From contig CM082579.2 in assembly GCA_040954595.2 (NCBI GenBank), positions 2,121,908 through 2,185,907 on the forward strand: 64,000 nucleotides of DNA, read 5' to 3'. Under the pieces are notes generated by a model. That model saw only the letters and a program-made list of their open reading frames with translations. It was not told where the DNA came from and did no database searches. Numbering within the stretch: the first letter of the stretch is position 1; each line of letters begins with the position of its first letter. Source of the stretch: Balanoglossus misakiensis. Lineage: Eukaryota > Animalia > Hemichordata. A program made the translations under genes and the position numbers. Positions 46,408-58,381 of the stretch are shown here, piece by piece.

Positions 46408-46638
46408 GTAGTCTTGACAAGGAAGTACATTTGTACAGGAAAACTCAACCTGATTAAAATCAGCTGTAGAGATATACATTGTATAGTCTCCGTGTTAACC
46501 AAGATTTTTGCTGTTCTCGTGTCGTCAATAGAGGCGGCAGCACGTACTGGTCAGTATGAGAACATCAGATAGTGTAATGATGGAGCCTATCTCTACAACA
46601 GATTTTAATCAGATTGAACAAAAATGTAGTTGACTACA
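46408..46638. mobile_element. MITE-like element with long inverted repeats
   Basis: 46445-46474 (tcaacctgattaaaatcagctgtagagata) is the reverse complement of 46588-46617 at 27 of 30 positions. Outer gtagtc/gactac and tacattt/aaatgta segments also pair. Confidence 0.6.
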
Positions 46639-49600
46639 CAGAACAAAGAAAGACCGAAAGAAGAAAGAATTATCACAGTTAAAAGTGTAATTTTGTGGTC
46701 CGTGGTTTAACGTTGAGGCGTTTAACATCTGTTCAGTGTTGGCATCCTATATGAGCATGTACAAGTTTTCCGCTGGTGTCTATGGTGCAGTAGCACCCCG
46801 ACAAATTGTTTTGGGGTCGTAAAAGTCGCAGGAGACTATTCAATTTGAAAACAACTGCTTAACTATTGATTTTTAAATTGCAAATGAATGCTGATGTGTA
46901 TGAGCTTGTTTGCTGATAACGAAGTTGTGATCGATGGCGATGAGGCCAATATGGGCAAGACATTGGGCGAGTCTATCCAATCAGGGAACGGATATGCCTT
47001 CTGGAAGTGCTGTGATGTCATAAGTGTATCAGCAGCGCCCAGGGTTTGTTCAATTCCCCCTTCATTCAAATGTTACGCCTGATGCATTCGGACGTAACAC
47101 TTCAAAGGAATGTCGCCGAAACAAAGGAGGTGCAGTGCTGAAATTCAGTGACGCGACAGACGGTAACTTTTTAGCGGGGATGCCAAACTTCAACAAGCGG
47201 TCCATCTCCTCGGGTCCATCAATCGTTGATTGGACAGCGCACGAGTGGATGGGAGATTTATGGAGTCCCAGGGAGCCAATCACGTGGTTGTCTTGTCGTG
47301 TCTTCCAAACGCTGGCTTAATGTTTCAGACTTTGCGTGACTTTTCGTCGCCTCGCCGTTCTTTTGAAGAGACTCGACAACCAATTAAGGACAATTATGTC
47401 TCACACAGGCCGGAGAAACATTTTAAGGGTAGGTCTCTCAATATTCGTCTTTTTTGACGCTAATCCACTTTTAAGCGGAAATGCCCACTTCGGAGTCATC
47501 AGCTGGATCCGACCTTCACGAAGCGAAAATTCTCGGGGACAAAGATGGCTATTTGCGCCCAAACGACCAAATTACCAATAAAGGTGTGACCCAGAAGTAT
47601 CATCCACTGGGTCGTGGAATTTTTGACTCCATCTTTCACTTTTGTTCCAAAAAGGGGCACAGCCAACAGGGAATGTTGAAACTTGAGTAAGATCTCGACA
47701 CAAGAGGTGGTGTAGTGTTTCCAAATTCTTTTTTCAAAGTTTCGTCGCTCTCTATCTCACTTTGACAGGTGTCGCCTATACTTTTATGTTACGATTCTCG
47801 AGGGGAATATGTAGGGTCATAGGTCACCTCAAACAGTATAGCAACAACCATATTAAACAGCGATAATATCGCGTTGCATCATTTTTTGAAGAACGAACTT
47901 CATTAACTGCGTCTCCCCTCAACCTAGAATCACGACTGGAATGATGGGTGTAGAAAACGAGTACAATGATTCTATACATCGCTTTCGACTGCGAGACAGA
48001 CTCAGTAAATCTTTCTCGCAGACATTTTGACGTCCCAGAGTGGCCCGGTTTCTTTTATTTGTGGGTATTGGCTCCATCAACGAGTCTGAAGTGCCGTCAA
48101 ATTGACAGCACTCCAAGCGGGGATGGAGCTCCTGCGTGCCGCGCGTTGATTACAAAAGCCCGTCGGAGCTACCCTTTTCTTTCGTGCGGCACGTATGCGA
48201 CGCACGCCCGTAATTGATGATGGTGCCGGGGACGGTAAACGCACTCAAGGTCCCATACACTGGCGGTGTACGCCGCGACTCCAGAGCCGTTTACAGTCAA
48301 TACAGGTGGACCCCTCTGACACTGCATTCAAAAGGACAGTGCTTCAGATATACTACACGTATTCATTCACCGCGTGACTGATATTCGGGGGTTGTTTTGT
48401 AGACCCGACTGAAAACAACATTAAGCCATACATCAGTTAACCTCGATCCCACCTTCTTTGCATGAATGGAGTTTACGTGACACTTTGTTTCTTTGCGATG
48501 TCTTTATTTTCTTTTACGTTACAGTCAAATAGCCAAATAAATGGGTATATAATTGCTCGTTGGATTGTGTGACAGGGCGGGAGGCAGTAGTTTTCTTGCT
48601 GGTGTCTGTAGGCAAGTCGTTTCAGTTTTGGGCGCCTGCCTCCGAGCTCAGTACCCATGTGAGCATGTTTCTCTCTTTTACGCCAGAGTCTGTCGTTCTT
48701 GACGAGAAACCCAGGATGGATTATCCGCGATAATGCCGGCCAGTTTGACCATGAACCTTTGCTTCTAAACTAGGTTGACCTACTTTTGTTGACGAGCAAT
48801 CGGTTATCGGTGAAGGTTTGTCGGCAAAATACACCCATCGGTGCTGGCCGACACAACAAGAACGCACACTTCGTGTTATCGTGTCGCCATAGACACCATC
48901 TATACATGTTCAAAGTCAGTCGTACTACCATGACAGTCCGCACGTCGGATGGTCGATACTTTGGCCTTTCATTATTCTTACTTGCTGTGTTTTGTTATTC
49001 TAAAGTCACTTTGCCTTGTGATATTACACGGTTAAAAACTGGTATGCCACATTAAACAACGAGGATGCTGAGGCTTAGAGCCCCAAACGTGTCGGTAAAT
49101 TGACATAGAGGGGTAAACTTGTGCGGTCTGTCATGTAAATGCAGCTGAACAGCTGAACATTACTGTTGGAACAGCAGGAAACTAAAATTTCAATTATTGA
49201 AATTTTTGATTTCCTTTGGTCATGTGTCAGCCATATGTGCATTCTTACTATTTTCTTGCATCCAATGAATGACGATCGGTTCCTTTGAAGGGAACACGCG
49301 CATATGTGTCATAAAATTAATTTCGCATCACATTTTTGCTCTTTTGAAACTTTTTTTACGGAGATGTCAACTTGACGTGCAATTTGTTGCAAGCAGTCGA
49401 TAGAGAGGAGCGTCCGTTAGAATTCCACGCAGGAAATAGCGAAGATATTCGGGACTTTTCAAGGTAATGGTGTCAAAAATACGGGTTTATGTTTTGGAGA
49501 CAGAGTTGCAACTTATGGGAATGACGGGGACTAGGTGAAAATGTTGTTGATTAGACGGACGAAACGGTCGAATGATGAGAAACAACAGACGGATTCTCAT

Positions 49601-50737
49601 GAGTCAAAATGGCGCGAAGGCGACATGGATCACGACGTCTTATGCAAATTATTACCTGGTAGCTGAATTTCAAGTGTATGATTGAAGACATGAATGATGA
49701 AGCTCGAGAGAAAAGCATGTAAAGGGGGCGCAAACAATGTACAATTACTTCATAAGACATGCTGTAATGGCTTCTCCATTACATTTAACACACAAGACAC
49801 TCAGTGTCGAGTGCGCAGAACTATGAGTGGCACCTCGCGTTCCGATGAAATCTCCTCTGATCAGTCGAGTCTTTCAAAGTAAATGCAGTTTGTTTGTCTT
49901 CCTGCCATTAAAAATTAGCCAACTCAAAGTCAAAATCGTTCATGTATCGATGCGATTTCAACTCGCCACTTATGAATCAGTTCGGTCTGAGCTCTAGACA
50001 AATATACTTGCGGCAAACATATGTCATCGCCAGCACAGTGCCCCTTTTAGCAGACACATTCTTTCACACTGCCTACGCAGTCCTTTTAGATTGGCCGGAC
50101 TTCAACCCGATCAAACAGGTGGTTGCGTGGTCTTTCGTTCTTTTTGACCCGTCCATAACTTTATGCATGGGGTTCCTCGGTGTATTTGGGGGAAATATTC
50201 AAATTCCACCTGATAGTCATGGTCATAACATGCAGGACTGATTATTGATCTGGGATGACTGCGCAAGGTACTGGAAGGAAAGGGGGGAAACGCCAACTTG
50301 GCAAAAGTCTTTGTCGATTACATAAAAGGAGAAACATGAGCAGAGTTTAAACGCTCAATTCAATTAGCAACCTGGTGTTGAAGGATTCGTTCAATGGTCC
50401 CGTGCCGTATTTGAGTTTCTTGTCATTAGTGGCAAAGGGCGGTTCTGCACTCTGACAAAGACTCGACTAATCCGACGTGATTGCCAGAACATGGTCATTG
50501 CTTTTCGTTGGGCCCTGGCTGGCAGAGATCGTACTGATTTAGGTCATGTTTGCCGTGAAGGAGGCGAATTCATGTTAAATCAGGTCCCAAATGAAGACAC
50601 TGTCAATACTGGGGCATTAAAGTACACGATGAAAATGATAAGATAAAACATATTCGTGCAGTGTTACATGTAGAACACAGGGTTACAGGGTCTACGCATT
50701 ATTACGGGTATGAGAGTCACCGAGCAACCTGCAGAGC

Positions 50738-50780
50738 ATGTCTGTCTGTCTGTGTGTGTGTATGTATGTATGTATCTATG
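50738..50780 (+). repeat. Compound microsatellite (TGTC)n(TG)n(TATG)n
   Basis: Directly visible. Confidence 0.85.
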
Positions 50781-51270
50781 TAAAATGTGTATCTATGCAT
50801 GTCCATCTATGTTGCGGAAATATGTGTGTAGGCCTATATCACTAAATCAAAAAGTCCATGTATGACATTACTCTGGTAGAGAAGGCGTTACAAAGTCGCC
50901 CCTGGTTAACAAAGAATTTTAAACGGTTTTTATCGACGTGTACCGCGTGTGCGACAAGATATTTCAACCTTGATCTCGCGGTGATCAACGTCAGTGTCAA
51001 ACATCATTGATGAGTTTTTGATAACCTTCGCGGTAGTTGCTATAGTACTGAATATTCTAAGAAGTGTCGCTTATGTCCAAATCATTGACAATTGTTACGG
51101 TAGAAAAAAACCGGGAGCACACAATGGAGAATGTGGTTCAACAACAGAATATTTAATTGAACAACTAGCCTTCTAAAATCAAAAAGTCGCACAAAAGAAA
51201 ATGTTCACTATGTGTTTTTACCTTGGTCGAGGAGTTATTGAGTCCACAAAAGTCCTGGCCGAACTCAAGG

Positions 51271-51396
51271 CACAGAAGTCCGTTGCTGACCAAGTCCGTC
51301 ATTCACAGAAGCCAGTTGCTCACAGAAGCCAGTTGCTCACAGAAGTCAGTTGCTCACACAAATCCGTTGCTCACAGAAAGTCCGTTGCTCACAGAG
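51271..51396 (+). repeat. Minisatellite, about 17-bp unit cacagaagYcMgttgct, 6-7 diverged copies
   Basis: Tandem copies are directly visible, with no unique spacers. Confidence 0.92.
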
Positions 51397-51505
51397 TCCA
51401 GCCCAGCTAGGTAAATTCCTAATTCCCAAGGCGATGTGGAGCTGGAGTGACATGCTCCTCCGAGTCAGTGTTGAGAAGTGTGCCTCGTGGTTTTTGTGAG
51501 AAGGC

Positions 51506-51513
51506 CTTTTATA
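51506..51513 (-). promoter_or_regulatory. Consensus TATA box (TATAAAAG) for a putative minus-strand transcript
   Basis: The minus strand reads cccaTATAAAAGgcc, and a donor AAG|GTAAAA follows about 285 nt downstream at 51222. Confidence 0.4.
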
Positions 51514-54500
51514 TGGGTGACCATCTGGTTATTACTAATATTTAAATGAACTAGTTGAAAAGGCAGGGCCCTTTGTTATGCAAAGAAAAGCTACCCCTCT
51601 CTCGACCAAGCAACTACACAGGGTGTGTCGTAACACAATTGAGACTGAAATATCAAATGCCGGTGTACCAAACTTCGCTAATATCAACCACGGTCCGAAA
51701 TCCTAACAGAATCAGCAGCTTTAACATTTGAAGATATCCATCGGCACATCTTGGCGGAATTTGAACCCGCTAACATTTTTTTTATTTTGAAAACGCGGTA
51801 CATCATCTCAAATCTCGAGATTCGTGTCCACAAACATGAACTCGTCGGCTGAAACATTATTAATAGCCGTATTTACAGTTTGCCCGATAAGGGAGCAATG
51901 ATCAAACACTCTTATATCAGACCCACACAGAGATTGGACTTTTGTCGTTAGGGTTGTTGTGGCAACCAAGGAGAGAGGTCGACCGCTGTCGTCGGTTCCT
52001 ATGCAGCCAAGCGATCCCGGCGGACCTCTGTGGAGCGTGATCGTACGAGACGGCTGGGCGTATTCACTTTATGAAAATTCGGGGTTGCAAGTGCACTACT
52101 AATGGACATAATTGAGTAAACAAACTGTGCATATTGCTTGCCACTTCCCCTAGCCTATTGGCCTGTGATACCGTAATTGCCTTGTTTGCATGGAACGTTG
52201 AACAAGGCGACTGTATTCCCAACTCTCTATCCCTACATAGAGCGTGAATAACGCCTGTAGGAATTTCTCCCGCGAAGAGAGCTCATAGTTCCCTGTTAAA
52301 TTATCATTAAATGGTTTGTTGATGAATGTGCCAGATCGATAACTTCTAAACCAGTCGAACAAAAGACAGTGTGTCCACATTCATATTTGCAAATAAACCC
52401 TCGACGAAATACCACGCTCACCAAACCCGTTATCAGCATTTACTGGTCGAATTAGCTATTGGTTTAAAATGGAATAGCATGGCATCATGGGTAATTATTA
52501 AGAATGCGTATTACATAGAGTCGCTAATCATTGTTTAATGACAATATTTCATCTGATGGGTTTACTGCATTAAGTATATATCAACAAAATTGCCTTGTTT
52601 TGTACACTGGTACTTCATAAAATTGAATTGTAACTGAATTAGAACTTCTGGAGTTGGGTTCGTTTCATTATACATTTAATCCCAAGTGCGTTTTTATCTC
52701 TGGTGGTGACGTGGAGTAAAACGAAGACATCGCACAGATAAGATAGTGAATTTAATTGAGTCGGTCAACTGCAAATACGTCATTAGGCGGCAAATTGGTG
52801 GCTCCAACAGGGATTAGAATACCAAAGACCAAACTTTGACAAAAGTCTAGTAGAATGTTTAAGTTAGAGACTGGTGGAAAATAAAACACTCGGGATATTG
52901 GCCACTTCAGGTATCAATCGCCCATTGTTCTACTCCGCAGTATTTTACCGTGATTTGTCGCAGGTACAGGTGCCGTGTGACTTAAAGAGGGCAAGCCACT
53001 TGACTTTAGTAACTTGACTAAGAAACCTACCAGGTTTCTGTCGGAAAGGGACCACAGGTAATGTGTTGTACACGATTTACATTACAGTCATTAGCCTAAG
53101 AGAATGGGAGGGATGGGAGAGAGGGTAGGAGGAGGGGGACGGGGAGAAGTGGGCCAGAGAAGACATAAAAACAAAAATATTTGGGATGGGAGTCGCAAGT
53201 TCATTCCATGTTGGTTGTTACATCACGCCAATTATCTTCACAATGCCCTATTCATTTTAGAGCAATCAACCGGCGCTAGTAGTTCCTGCATGCAGAAGTT
53301 TGTCTCTGTCATAGTGCAGGCTCTTCTCGAAAACAGACCAAGTCTCGTGAAGTTTTCTGCTTCCAATTTGAGAATTTGAATGGCCGTTGTGGTCTGTTTG
53401 AAAAAATCAGTGCATATGTACATACGATCTGTCGTTTTTGTGTGGCTTTTATGGGTCCAGGTGTGCTTGGATGACATTGGAATTTCGACCATTGGCCAAG
53501 TGCCTCGGGGGCTTCAGATCTACATGCATATCTGATCTGGCTAGGTGCAACTCTAAGCGTTGACTGCCCCGTCGGCAGTGACTATAAAACACTGTGTGAC
53601 GGTATACCTGTCACATACAGGAGCCCCCCTCATCATCGTGCATTAACCCGCCAGTACGGGCACACACATGAAAATCGCTCCTAAAGGGACCAGTGCCGCT
53701 TGTTGAGTGTGCAATCTCTCACTTGGGACTTGGAAACACTACAATCTTTCAAAAATCGGATGTTAATGGTGGCGAATGCTGTGGTCGCTGAGAAACGATC
53801 GTTGACTTTTATTTTATGGGAATAGGCGATTAGCAGCAAGGCGGTACGGCGAGCGTTCGGTTATGCGTGTGGCTGGCCGAGCTCCCGGCTCCAAAACACC
53901 GTTGGCCCTTCTCTTAATAGCTGATTACATCCGGTGACGATTGCCCATCAAAAGGGTTGGAATCTATTGGCGATGGATTCTCATCTGGGACATGGGGTAA
54001 GGATAGAATTGTAATGCTAATGACTGAGTCCATTTGGATTAAGATTACACAGATTGTGGCGTGTCTTCAAGCACACTACAGTGGTCTTGGACTGAGGGGT
54101 GAGACCTAAATTTAGCTTTCTATGTTAAAGCCAACATGCTTCAAGGCTAACGGCTCGGCGTCACGTGCTCATCGGGTTAGTTTAGCTGAACCTGTTAAAA
54201 CTAAGAAAACAACAACAACAGCCGATTCTATAATACAGGAATTGTGTTTTCGTATAATGTAGTATTGGTATTTTTAATTTTGTTTCATTTTCAAAACTAG
54301 CGACTTCTTCTTTTTGCAAAACCGGCTTACAATGCAACGACAGCCCAAAGTACAGTTGTTTGCGCGTTAATAAATCTCCAACCGTTCATTTGAATACTTA
54401 AATATTGCACCGTCTGCCGGCGTTCACTCTGATGTCCAGTTAACTCGAAAATTAGCATTTTAGATTTAAAACAACAGGTAACCCTGACTTTCCCCAGGAA

Positions 54501-55814
54501 TCCGGACCCCCTAACAGAAAAAGTTTTAAATAGCGATTCAGTTTGTGAAACTTACGCGGTCATTGGTGTCAAGAAATTATGTCATCAAGGTATAGAATGG
54601 AGGGGTTTTCACAGACATGGCCGCGGGTGTGGTTCCCACGTAAATTGCTCAACGGATTAGACGACCCATGGATAGAAACAACAGTTAACGGTCAATAACA
54701 GGAAGACTGAGCGTGTGCGTGATGTTGCATGGTCTTGTAACCAATGCATGATGATGTAAAGGAAAAATGTGGGTTTCTTTTCAGTTTGCTTTTCCCTCGA
54801 ATTTTGTTCTTGTCACCAAAACGTGGGTGTTGTGGTTGCCTCGCTGGTCACATGATGAGTTAAGCCCATGTGAACGAGGTCATGAGAAACTTTCGTGACA
54901 CCTTGCAACTGTGTAAAGCTTGGTGGTGGAAATCTCAGCTCAAACATTGCATAAATCTGTCTAAATCCCCCGTCTTTGTGCACGAGGTGTGTACCGCAAT
55001 GTTAACACCAATTGCACAAAATGATCCAACTGCATTAGTCAAACAACGGTACACTCATCAAATTCAAAGTTCCAGCAAATCATCTTTAAAAAAACACAGG
55101 AAGGGATTTTCATCAAAGTTCTCTACAAATCGTGGGTATAGGCTTTTTCAGCTTGGTTGCCGATTTTTAAAATACAGCCTGTTGAGACATATGTAAATTT
55201 CAATAAGGAAACGAGTCCTATTTTTCAGTTGTTAAACTTTTCACGTCAGGTGTATTTTGATCTCGTCCAGGAGATCGACCCTGTAATGTGCATTACTGTC
55301 GTCGACCGGGGTTCTTACATGTCTTTCAACGGGTCAATGCAAACAGCGAGAAAAGCATTTCATGCCACAATTCGATTCGCCGGGGGTCGTTTTATCCCGG
55401 CGGTGTATAATTTCGAGGTGCTGGGAGTTGACCTGACGGCAACACGGTTATTTTGCGGTCGTAAACTCCTTTTTATCGGTTGCTAGGGTGACGATGGTAT
55501 AAGTCGCATGCAAACGATGTAGCCATGTGATATTTGGAAACATGAGAATGTATAGTGAAGTTTTCTTTCTGCAAGGTACGCTACTTGCTTGGGAGGGGGG
55601 GGGAGCTCCAATAGCCACCCACATAATGCCAGTCATCGTGCCCAGATCACAGAATGCACAGCGCCACTACGTGGTGGTCCTTGGCTCAGACAAGAGGGGT
55701 TTCTTTTAAAGGCAGTGCTCTTGTTTGAAAAGAGCTCGGCCCAAGACAAATAACAGCGAGCCGCACGGCCTCACACGGTTGACATCATATCTTCTTGCTT
55801 TCTCCCGCACACAG

Positions 55815-58381
55815 AAGTACTCCTCGCTACAGCTGCACCTAGAATCACGGAATCCCGAATGGAGCCAGGATTTTACGGACTTGGACGGCTTAGGAGTGTT
55901 ACTGGAATCGCTTCAACAACTATGTGAGCTAGGCGGAAAGAAGCAATCGACGAAAACGTTTGTGAAGCGACAGTTTGTTGGCTGTATTAAGGCTGTTATG
56001 AATTCACAAACTGGGCTGGAGTATATCATCGATAACCCAGATTGCGTACGCAAGTTGGCGACAGGTAAGGAAAACTCTTTTTGCACCCAGGCCCGTTGCA
56101 TGTCGCGCGTTCTAACCTCCATGGCGATATTTTCCCGGAGTTTAGAAGTGTTTTAAAGCGGGCATAGGTCTCAGCGAAGGCAGGGGGGTAAACGCTATAT
56201 TGTAACTCGCACTGTGCAGTCTGGAAAAACCTGTTAGGACGAGTCGGCTAATTTAAGCAACAAAAGAGCGTGGATTGTAACGAGATCAAAAGGGAAACAG
56301 AGCCAATCTCATCAGCGTTCCTTTGTGGTACACTGCCTAACTGTTGACACCTTACACCAAAACGTAGCATAGCTTTCGCTTGCCAGTAAAGATATACATA
56401 TCGAATTAAAGAAGTGAATCCAACAGGTAGCAGGGCGGAGGGGGGGGGGGAATGCCAGGATGTGTATGCGAAAAAAGTTCAATTAGTCGAATAATTCGTG
56501 GCGCGCCGTAGGACTCAAATTGTTTCTGGTGATCAGTATTATTATTACAGCTTATTACAGTGTGTGTGTCCGGATCATTTCACACCCGTATACAACATAT
56601 TTGAACTATTAGACATTTGGAGTAACTAACATTAGCCGGTCGAGTGTCGCGTCCTCGAAGTCGACGCTGGGCTTTCAACACCTAGATCATTCGGTAAATT
56701 ACAGCACGCCGTATTACGTTCAGTTATTTTTCTGACGGTGGGAGTCACTTAGGCAGAATGACCAGTAGTCAAGAACGGTTCAAAGGTTATCCGTGACAAT
56801 ATGTGTTCGTTTAGTGCGTCACTAGGAAGGGGGACAAAATGAAAAGTCATTTTTCTAATGTTGAAAGCCGGGCGAGTCGCACAACTCGAGGTCGTTAAAT
56901 TACATGTTGTTTCCCCAAACTTTGACAAAGATAAGGACAATGTGTAAATCTGATTATCAACAACCGTTATCTTCGCCAAAATAAACACACCTTCGCACAG
57001 ATAGCCGTCAAATTTCATCTCAAAGTACAGTCAACTCATCGAAGACAGAGGTGACTGTTTTTGGCGGATCGAATTCTCAATTTCTCGCAAGCAAGAGTAA
57101 AACCAAGTCTTTGTATCAGATTGTTTGCAAATGCCCCCAAACTGTCGCTGAGACTCCGGTTTATTTGCGAAGGGGAAAAAACATTCAATGGCCCTATAGC
57201 CGAGGAAAAGAGGTAAATCTTTGATGGAGTTTGTTTGGACAACCTAACGCAGAGTTCACTTTTGTTGTGTGACCGCAGAGACGAATGTCAACGTGTATAT
57301 TGTAAGTGCCGTACAATGTGGAAATTCATCCTCCCTTGCGGGCAGACGTCCAAGTGGTCAAAACAGCAAACCTGCGTGCATCCACCTTTCGACCTATAAT
57401 ATCATATTTGCCAATGATTGCGTTGAAAAGAGCCTGATTAGCTAACGACTGTGGAGGTCCTGCATTGGAGGTGTTTTATATCTACCCGAATGAAAAGCCA
57501 ATTTTGCCAAATTTAAATGGCAAAGGGTTCATCATTGGCGGAGAGGGAGTGTTTTGTGTGCTCCGGGGGTCTGTAGGTGCGTGTAGGTGAAATTAAAACA
57601 CGGCGGGGCAATTTCTCCCCCTCCCCATTATCTGTGCGCATTACATCATAGGGCTGTGGGCGAAGAACCATGACCGATCTTCATTGTCGTCAAAACAGGA
57701 GAACGAGCGCCAGAGAGACAGCCATTGTGTGTTAGATTGTTCCCAACTGAATACGGCCCTGATAAACTTTTCATACGCCTCTGGCGCGGCTACTCAGATC
57801 CAGAGAAGTCATTTGCATCTGTACAAATTGCCTGCTTGGTTTGGTATGCAAATAGTTCGTGCAAAGCGGTTCATATGTCATGTCACTGCATCGGAGTTTT
57901 CAAAAGGTGCTTCGGCCAAAGCGATGCAAATTTCAAAAAGGAACCACGGGAGGTGGGGGGGGGGGGGGGAATTCAAGGTCGTTTTAGTGGGAGTGCCGAC
58001 CACACCAGAAGCGCGTGCAAATTCTTTTAACATATGCGGGCTCTTCACTGTAGCTGGGAGAACAGATCACACTTGTGGTATTTGTCTGAAAGAACAGTGA
58101 ACAGATATACGTATATAATTTATGCCGTAGGTCGCATTCCCTGTGACTACACATAGACGTCAATTTACTTGGAGTGTTGCTAGATTACAACGATTCCTTT
58201 CATTGCTACTAAATGTACCCCGTTTTCATTTTGTGTTCTCCTTATTGGCCATCTCCTTTCCTTAGGACTGGACACAGAAGATGTCAAAGTTAAGAAACCA
58301 ATTTACGAACTGCTCTCCGCGATTTGCGTTTACTCCGCGGAGGGGTACACCCGAGCGTTGGAAGCGCTTGAACACTTCAAG
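55815..58381 (+). CDS. INF2: Inverted formin-2-like protein, two internal exons of the GBD/DID region (partial gene)
   Basis: Exon 55815-56064 (KYSSLQLHLESRNPEWSQDFTDLDGLGVLLESL...CIKAVMNSQTGLEYII) joins in phase 1 to 58266-58381 (GLDTEDVKVKKPIYELLSAICVYSAEGYTRALEALEHFK). This closely resembles the INF2 DID ([42 protein letters not shown]). The start exon and downstream exons were not identified, so orthology versus paralogy is unresolved. Confidence 0.85.

Noticed and set aside
51271-51396. Regular short repeats resembling a CRISPR array
   Set aside because: The units are directly tandem with no unique spacers, there are no cas genes, and the context is eukaryotic.
51750-51775. Minus-strand GGTTCAAATTCC B-box-like motif
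   Set aside because: No A-box or cloverleaf is present. At most this is a decayed SINE head, not a tRNA gene.
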